A stretch of 64,000 bases of DNA from a bacterium (GTDB taxonomy: Bacteria > Hinthialibacterota > Hinthialibacteria > Hinthialibacterales > Hinthialibacteraceae), in contig CAXXMV010000001.1 in the NCBI GenBank assembly GCA_963662285.2, forward strand, positions 512,001 through 576,000, read 5' to 3'. Under the pieces are notes generated by a model. It was given only the letters and a program-made list of their open reading frames with translations. It did not search any database and had not been told where the DNA came from. Below, in pieces: positions 58,064-64,000 of the stretch (its first letter is position 1; the number at the start of each line of letters is the position of its first letter). The translations under genes and the position numbers were made by a program.

Positions 58064-59542
58064 TTACTCTGTTCGCTTGCGATAATCATTTAGCATTACG
58101 CCAATGAGTACAAACGCCATTGGCTCAGTCAAGAAGCGGTAACGCTGATTCTCCCCGAATTCCATCGCATTACAGACAAGAGTTATATAGGTCATATTCA
58201 ATATGATAAACAGGATAACCGCATATTTGGCTGAATTCCGCTCATTACTACATTTAATAAGATATGAAATGCTATACCAGAAAATCAAACAATAAGCGGC
58301 GAAAATAAAAATCCCGCAATGTAATAACATTTTAAAACCATGAATAATTATTGATTTTGTATAATTGAAATCCATAGGATCAAATCGCTCAAGGAATTGT
58401 CCATATACAATAATATTATAAATCCGGTCATAAAAATTAATTTTCATCCTGTTGGCATGTATGAATATGTAATAATTGGATGGCAGGAAATAATTATAAA
58501 AACCATAAGATACGATCTTCATATATTCCAACGGATATTCTTTGATAATGGCGATAGAATCGTCACAATATTTTTCCGATAATGATACATAAGCTAAATG
58601 ATTCAAGTTTGGCTTTCTGCTGGATTTGTATTCCTGATCGAGGATTGGGATCCCCGCTCTCGGAATACTTTTTAAGAAAGTCTGATATTCTTCTAATTCA
58701 CCAAAAGGCCGTAAGGCAACTATACCTGTGATTTTATTCTGTTGGATCAACACATCCATCTCTTGCTGGGTTATTATCTCACGGGCGATTTTAGATATAT
58801 GCATCCCTAAAGCGGAACTGGCTGAAAAACATCCAAATTGTAAATAATTCTTGAGATATAAAGTAAGCAAAACGATAAAAGGCAGAAGGGCAATCAGCAG
58901 AATTTGTTTAACTTTATGCTTCAGTAAACAGATCATAAGCGCCGCAACCGTCAAAAAGAGAACCAAGTGAAATACGCTGCGGGTCAATGCAATAAACGCT
59001 AAACATGCAAAAAACATAAAACCATAAAAGGCATTTTTTTGTTCTATATAGACATGAAGAAATAGAACAGAAAGTAAGAGCAATACCACTATGGGATAAG
59101 TGTAAAAAAGCCAGTTTTCATATAGCAGACAGGGAGGACTAACTACGCACAAAATGACTGTCCGGGCGCTTATACGGGTAGAGACGCCCATTTTCGTCAT
59201 AAGGTAAAATAGGGAATTGGTTAATATCAAACCCAAGGCGATGTAAATAATGTGAAATACAAAAGCATAATGTTGCGGAAAAATTTTCAATATCAGCCCG
59301 ATGAATAAATTGAAAAGAGGCGGTTGATTATGCAGGTAATAAATACTTTCAAACAATCTTTCTCTTAAAAGGAGTGGATCAACGATTTGATCCAAACCAT
59401 ACAAACGGGAAACATCAAAACGGACTCCAGCAATATAAAAAATAATCCGGGAAAATAAATAAATGCAATTAATATAAATTCCGGGGCTGATCGCTATTTC
59501 ACGCCTAAGTCCAAATGTTTTCATCACATTTGCTCGCCGCAA
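58064..59542 (-). CDS. Polytopic membrane protein, possible GT-C glycosyltransferase
   Basis: Many hydrophobic segments, QPPLFN in the first loop and ENQRYRF near the C-terminus; AT-rich; start uncertain. Confidence 0.55.
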   Translation of the reverse strand: MRRANVMKTFGLRREIAISPGIYINCIYLFSRIIFYIAGVRFDVSRLYGLDQIVDPLLLRERLFESIYYLHNQPPLFNLFIGLILKIFPQHYAFVFHIIYIALGLILTNSLFYLMTKMGVSTRISARTVILCVVSPPCLLYENWLFYTYPIVVLLLLSVLFLHVYIEQKNAFYGFMFFACLAFIALTRSVFHLVLFLTVAALMICLLKHKVKQILLIALLPFIVLLTLYLKNYLQFGCFSASSALGMHISKIAREIITQQEMDVLIQQNKITGIVALRPFGELEEYQTFLKSIPRAGIPILDQEYKSSRKPNLNHLAYVSLSEKYCDDSIAIIKEYPLEYMKIVSYGFYNYFLPSNYYIFIHANRMKINFYDRIYNIIVYGQFLERFDPMDFNYTKSIIIHGFKMLLHCGIFIFAAYCLIFWYSISYLIKCSNERNSAKYAVILFIILNMTYITLVCNAMEFGENQRYRFLTEPMAFVLIGVMLNDYRKRTE

Positions 59543-59726
59543 ATCTTGCCGGTTCCTGACAAGAATCAGTAGATTGAAAAGTTAGAAAAACACACGCTAT
59601 ATCGGGTTTTCTCAGGTTGCGCACTACTGAAGAAACACGATAGAATAATCAAGTATGGACGAAATCATAACATGAAATAATTAGCCATTCAACATTATCA
59701 TGATAAATCTTATCAGCCGGGTAAAC

Positions 59727-59766
59727 AGCAAAGAGACCTGAGAAATATTTCTCAGGTCTCTTTGCT
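59727..59766. other. Perfect 40-bp palindrome (possible terminator or binding site)
   Basis: AGCAAAGAGACCTGAGAAAT|ATTTCTCAGGTCTCTTTGCT. Confidence 0.85.
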
Positions 59767-59855
59767 CGTTTGAGCCATAGGCCTCGCAAATAATTTAATC
59801 TTAAAACCGTCCAATTCGGTTGACGTTACAGAAAAAGCAGCCAATTACAACTACT

Positions 59856-60167
59856 TTAGAGAACTTGTTCATCTGCTTTATTTTCAATGATGTTGTAGAT
59901 TCTTAACCTGCATTTGGGGCACAAGTCTATTTCGAACTGGTAGTAAACCTCATCATTGAGGTCTTTTTCGCTTCTCTTTTCCATCTCTTCAATAAGACGT
60001 TTCATTTCTTCGGCGAACGATTTCTGTGGAATATCAATAGTTTCGTCGAATTTTTCCCCGTCGTATGCGCAAAATAACTGTCCCTTGAAGATGAAGCGGG
60101 GGCGCCCCACCTCGATCAACTGCCCGCATAAATCGCATATGAACTTGATTCCCTTTTCGCTAGCCAT
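59856..60167 (-). CDS. Small hypothetical protein with two CxxC pairs (putative zinc-binding)
   Basis: CDLC near the N-terminus and CPKC near the C-terminus. Confidence 0.7.
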   Translation of the reverse strand: MASEKGIKFICDLCGQLIEVGRPRFIFKGQLFCAYDGEKFDETIDIPQKSFAEEMKRLIEEMEKRSEKDLNDEVYYQFEIDLCPKCRLRIYNIIENKADEQVL

Positions 60168-60213
60168 AGTATTACAGTAACCAAAGATATGATTTCCGGC
60201 AAGCGAGGGTGAT

Positions 60214-60750
60214 ATGAAAATTAATAGCGAGGCTTTTTATTGCTCTTTCCAGAGCATTGCCGGACTAATCGGATTAGGTTTCAATACATCAGCGATTATT
60301 TGTCTGCACATAGGAAAATCACCAATAACATGCATTAAACAGACATTATTGCAACTTGGATATAAACTTAGTAATGGTTCTAATCCTATGCGTGATGATA
60401 TAGTTGGCGAAATAGAAGAATATTTTGATGGGACAAGAAAGAAATTTACTTTTAAGCCGATTTTCCATGGAACAGAGTTTCAGATTAAGGTGTGGAAAAA
60501 ACTTTGCGAGGTTCCCTATGGGAAAGTGGTCGCTTATGGAGAATTGGCGGCTATGGCGGGGCGCCCTAAAGCGGCGCGGGCGGTTGGAATGATAATGGGG
60601 CAAAACCGCATTCCCATCATTGCCCCATGCCACCGGGTGATAACCTCCGAAGGTCGACTGGGAGGCTTTGGCTGTGGTATAGAGGTCAAGAAGAAACTAC
60701 TGGCGCTGGAAGGCGTTGTGATTGACAAGAATGACAGAATATCATTTTAG
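60214..60750 (+). CDS. ogt: Methylated-DNA--protein-cysteine methyltransferase
   Basis: GTEFQ, ARAVG and PCHRV active-site motifs. Confidence 0.93.
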   Translation: MKINSEAFYCSFQSIAGLIGLGFNTSAIICLHIGKSPITCIKQTLLQLGYKLSNGSNPMRDDIVGEIEEYFDGTRKKFTFKPIFHGTEFQIKVWKKLCEVPYGKVVAYGELAAMAGRPKAARAVGMIMGQNRIPIIAPCHRVITSEGRLGGFGCGIEVKKKLLALEGVVIDKNDRISF

Positions 60751-60807
60751 AATTAAAGTACTCTGATGGACGCCCGACATACCAATGATCATTCAGGAGA
60801 AAGAAAA

Positions 60808-62625
60808 ATGAACCAAACTTTTGCATCAGCAATAATTTCATTAACTTTATTGATAGCATCGACTCTTGGAGCGCAACCCGATTATCTCTTGCAAAACCTG
60901 GCTCAAGCGCCCGATTACGAAACGCATCGCGCATCCAGTTATGATAAATCCGGCGGCAATGAAGACTGGATCAGCATTGAGCCGGGAGAAACTAAAGTAC
61001 TGGCTGAGATTAATGGTCCTGGCGCCATAACTCATATCTGGAACACGGTGGATGGTGAGAAATATTACTCCAGAATGTTGGTGCTGCGCTTTTATTGGGA
61101 TGGTCAGGAAAATCCTTCAGTGGAAGTTCCCCTGGGGGATTTTTTCGGAGTGGGTCATGGATTAAACCGGGCCTTCCAGAGTCTTGCAGTGAACGCCTCC
61201 TCAGAAGGACGCGCCCGCAATTGCTATTGGTATATGCCCTTCGGCAAATCAGCCAAGGTGACTGTGACTCATGAAGGATTTCTTCCATTACAAAAATTCT
61301 ACTACTACATCGATTACCGGAAATACGCCTCTTTGCCGGAGGATACGCTCTATTTTCATGCCCAATACCGCCAGGCGACTCCCAATGAAAAGGTGGATAT
61401 CAAAGGCAAGAATCCCGATGGCGTGACAAACTATGTACTGATGGAGACTGAAGGAAAAGGCAAATACGTCGGTTCGGTGGTCAGCGTTCAGATGAATGGG
61501 GATGGGTGGTTTGGAGAAGGCGACGATATGTTCTTTGTGGATGGCGCCGATAGACCATCACTGATTGGAACGGGGACGGAAGATTACTTTAACGACGCCT
61601 GGGGATTCCGTGAATTCAGTTATCCCTATCATGGCGTCACCTTATGGGAAGGCTATAAGAAGGGCGACCGGGGGACGGCCTATAAATGGCATGTGTTTGA
61701 TCCCATCTCGTTTAATACTTCACTGAAAGCCACCATAGAGCATGGTCATGCCAATAACCGACAGGACGATTGGTATTCAGTAGCTTATTGGTATCAGAAC
61801 TTACCAAGCCCCAAGCCGCCGGTCTTGGCGGGCGTCTTTGATCGTCTGCCAGATGAAGGCCAGATTTACGCCCAAAAGATGTTTCTTAATAAAGAATTGG
61901 CTCTACATATCGAGCAAGACCGAACGGATGAAGCACTAAAAAGAATTGATGAATTCGTCAAAGAGAATCCAGCGGCGGATGAGTTTGGTTATTGGTCGCT
62001 GCGCCGCGCTATGCTGCTCAAGCAAAAAGGTGAATTAAAAGAATCACATTTCGCTTTCAGTGAAGCATTGCAGAAGAGCGATGTTACCGAAGAGATTGGC
62101 GGTGAAGGCGACGCCAGCAAAATCCATGCGTTGGCATTGAAGGAATACTCAGTGATCGACAAGAAGGTAAGCGCCATAATAAATGCATCATGCGTAGGTT
62201 CTTATGAAATCTATATTGATGGGAAGTTAGCTGCTAAAGGAAGCAATTGGCGCGCATTCAAAAATCATGAAGTGCAACTTTCGCGGGGTAAACATGCCAT
62301 ATCTGTTATAGTCAGGAATGATGCAGCGAGAAAAGGGTTGCTGCTTCAGATTAGCACCCGCAGTGGATACGCGATAACCGATGCAGGATGGAAATGCTCA
62401 ACCAAGGATATGAAGGATGCAACCGATTGGATGAAGACTTCGTTTGATGATTCCAAATGGAGCGCTTGCGAGGTGGTTGGAACTATGGGCCAAGGTAATT
62501 GGTTCAGTGCACAGCCGGATTATTATTTCGAGTCAGACATCTTTTCCGCTAAATATATTTGGGCGCCTGAAGGCGCGGGAACAGCGCCAACCACCTTTTT
62601 CAGGAAAGTTATTCAGGTGAGATAA
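60808..62625 (+). CDS. Secreted DUF2961/GH172-family protein with helical linker and C-terminal beta-sandwich (lectin-like) domain
   Basis: SSYDKSGGNED, GPGAITHIW, PLGDFFG, WFGEGDDM, GTGTEDYF and SVAYWYQ motifs; AGGAG upstream of ATG 60808. Confidence 0.85.
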   Translation: MNQTFASAIISLTLLIASTLGAQPDYLLQNLAQAPDYETHRASSYDKSGGNEDWISIEPGETKVLAEINGPGAITHIWNTVDGEKYYSRMLVLRFYWDGQENPSVEVPLGDFFGVGHGLNRAFQSLAVNASSEGRARNCYWYMPFGKSAKVTVTHEGFLPLQKFYYYIDYRKYASLPEDTLYFHAQYRQATPNEKVDIKGKNPDGVTNYVLMETEGKGKYVGSVVSVQMNGDGWFGEGDDMFFVDGADRPSLIGTGTEDYFNDAWGFREFSYPYHGVTLWEGYKKGDRGTAYKWHVFDPISFNTSLKATIEHGHANNRQDDWYSVAYWYQNLPSPKPPVLAGVFDRLPDEGQIYAQKMFLNKELALHIEQDRTDEALKRIDEFVKENPAADEFGYWSLRRAMLLKQKGELKESHFAFSEALQKSDVTEEIGGEGDASKIHALALKEYSVIDKKVSAIINASCVGSYEIYIDGKLAAKGSNWRAFKNHEVQLSRGKHAISVIVRNDAARKGLLLQISTRSGYAITDAGWKCSTKDMKDATDWMKTSFDDSKWSACEVVGTMGQGNWFSAQPDYYFESDIFSAKYIWAPEGAGTAPTTFFRKVIQVR

Positions 62626-62721
62626 TAGAGTAAGCCGACATACCCGGTCTGGTTTGATTCCAGAATAGTGGGAGAAAGTGTAGAATTGACTGACACAACA
62701 AAAAATACGTGGAAAGCAGCA

Positions 62722-64000
62722 ATGAAAAATAGAACACTATACAAATCATTATTATATCTAAGCGTAATTGCTTTAGCATCACTTATTCTGGTTGGTACGG
62801 TATCAGCCGCAGTTGGAGAATTTGATCAAAGCGCCGATTGGGGCAGTAAGAATTTCCCACCACAACTTGGCGCCAATAAAGTTGCCGGATCAGTCTCTTA
62901 TTCTAGCGACGTTTACACTATTGCTGGCAATGGCGATGATATCGGAGAAGCCAACGACGAAGGTTTCTTCGCATACAAAGAACTTGCAGGCTCCCAGCAA
63001 ATGACGGCTCGCGTCACCTGGATCGATACCAATGATTCAGAATGGTCTAAGGCCGGTATCATGATGCGTGAAAATGGCGCTGATCCAAGTTCGCGGCATT
63101 ACTGGGTAATGCTGCGCGGCATGGCCTATGGAGATCAGATTGGGCCCCAGTGGCGCTCAACCCAGGGCGGCAATTCAGACTGGTCTGAAATTCGTCCGCT
63201 GGATAATCCTGATGGTCATATCACTGCTGATGAAAACGCCTCGATTTGGTTTCGTTTAACCCGTATTGTCGAAGTCGGCATGGTTATGACAGAATGGTCA
63301 TACGATGGTGTTGAATGGAACTCCGGTCATGCAATGAATCTTGATTTCCCCGATAGCATCGCATGGGGAATAGCTATTACCAATCATCAGGATAATGATG
63401 GTTTGGCGGTTGCTGAATTTTCAAATATCAGTTTCAGTAAACCATCGGTAGTTGCAGCATCAAGAACTATTGATGGCCCGGTGTATTTCAAGTCTCCTTC
63501 TTTGTTCAAGGTGGGAGACGAATTTACTGTAACAATTAATCTGGTCTGCACTTCAAACAATGATATGACTACGGATATTTCGGAAATAGTCCCACTAGGA
63601 TGGGACGTCAGTGATATCAGCGATGGTGGGACGGAAAGCAATGGCGTAATCTCCTGGACAGGTTTGACGGTTGCTCCCGGTTCAGATTATTCAGTCAGTT
63701 ATAAATTAACAGCGCCTGCTGACGCAGCTTCAACTGTTTCGATCAGCGGTACAGTTGGAGATTTGGATATCAGCGGCCCGAATTCGTTAAGTTTAATTGG
63801 TGGTCCAGTTGGTATATTTGACTCTCAGGTAGACATTGGCGCTGTAGAGATTCCAGGAACAGCTGTGTTTGATGGTGAGGAATACGCCATTGAAGGCAGC
63901 GGCGCCGATATTGAAGGCGCCGCCGACCAGATGCACTTTCTATTCAAAGAATTGAACGGCCCCTTCGTTATCGAAGGTAATGTCTACCTCGAAGGGGTTC
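62722..64000 (+). CDS. Large secreted protein with repeated beta-sandwich domains, partial (runs off the right edge)
   Basis: Not in the ORF track. Manual translation gives signal peptide MKNRTLYKSLLYLSVIALASLILVGTVSA, then GNGDDIGEANDEGFFAYKEL...WSKAGIMMRE, and a second unit GSGADIEGAADQMHFLFKEL in the same frame. Confidence 0.8.
   Translation, partial: MKNRTLYKSLLYLSVIALASLILVGTVSAAVGEFDQSADWGSKNFPPQLGANKVAGSVSYSSDVYTIAGNGDDIGEANDEGFFAYKELAGSQQMTARVTWIDTNDSEWSKAGIMMRENGADPSSRHYWVMLRGMAYGDQIGPQWRSTQGGNSDWSEIRPLDNPDGHITADENASIWFRLTRIVEVGMVMTEWSYDGVEWNSGHAMNLDFPDSIAWGIAITNHQDNDGLAVAEFSNISFSKPSVVAASRTIDGPVYFKSPSLFKVGDEFTVTINLVCTSNNDMTTDISEIVPLGWDVSDISDGGTESNGVISWTGLTVAPGSDYSVSYKLTAPADAASTVSISGTVGDLDISGPNSLSLIGGPVGIFDSQVDIGAVEIPGTAVFDGEEYAIEGSGADIEGAADQMHFLFKELNGPFVIEGNVYLEGV

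Noticed and set aside
59543-59855. Riboswitch upstream of the membrane protein gene
   Set aside because: No SAM, c-di-GMP, TPP or other aptamer consensus was recognised; only the palindrome is supportable.
194-63641. Numerous short antisense or alternate-frame ORFs in the track
   Set aside because: They are shadows of well-supported genes, without RBS or family motifs.

Overview
A 64-kb stretch of chromosome from a diderm (outer-membrane) bacterium of moderate GC content; the lineage cannot be named from this sequence alone. From left to right it holds: (i) a minus-strand amidotransferase/Fe-ADH/ALDH run; (ii) an aminoethylphosphonate catabolic operon (OPA-family MFS transporter, phnW, phnX, pbfA) followed by an RHH-PIN toxin-antitoxin pair; (iii) a dispersed myo-inositol cluster (iolB, iolA, iolD, iolE, iolG, sugar ABC permease and binding protein) with no iolC or iolJ in the window but an atypical transaldolase-family gene, interrupted by an AT-rich type II restriction-modification pair whose endonuclease gene carries an intact IS4-family element (13-bp TIRs, 9-bp TSD); (iv) a BlaI repressor with its operator and a BlaR1(M56)-subtilase fusion; (v) an hpnO-like aminotransferase, a 1937-aa double GT-C/YYY/NHL membrane protein, nth, a CocE hydrolase and an FAD oxidoreductase; (vi) a ~16-kb sigma54-type locus; (vii) ogt, a GH172 protein and a truncated secreted repeat protein. 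The sigma54-type locus contains enhancer-like sites, a -24/-12 promoter, a periplasmic LTXXQ-type protein, two copies of a covarying three-hairpin element, a gspE-to-gspD type II secretion-like cluster and a cognate-looking histidine kinase/NtrC-family pair. Its secretin is split into two separately exported polypeptides inside an N-domain. Several REP-like palindrome families occupy the intergenic spaces. No rRNA, tRNA or CRISPR array was seen. The best candidate for an undescribed system is the sigma54 / tandem-RNA / split-secretin T2SS locus (41.7-58.0 kb).
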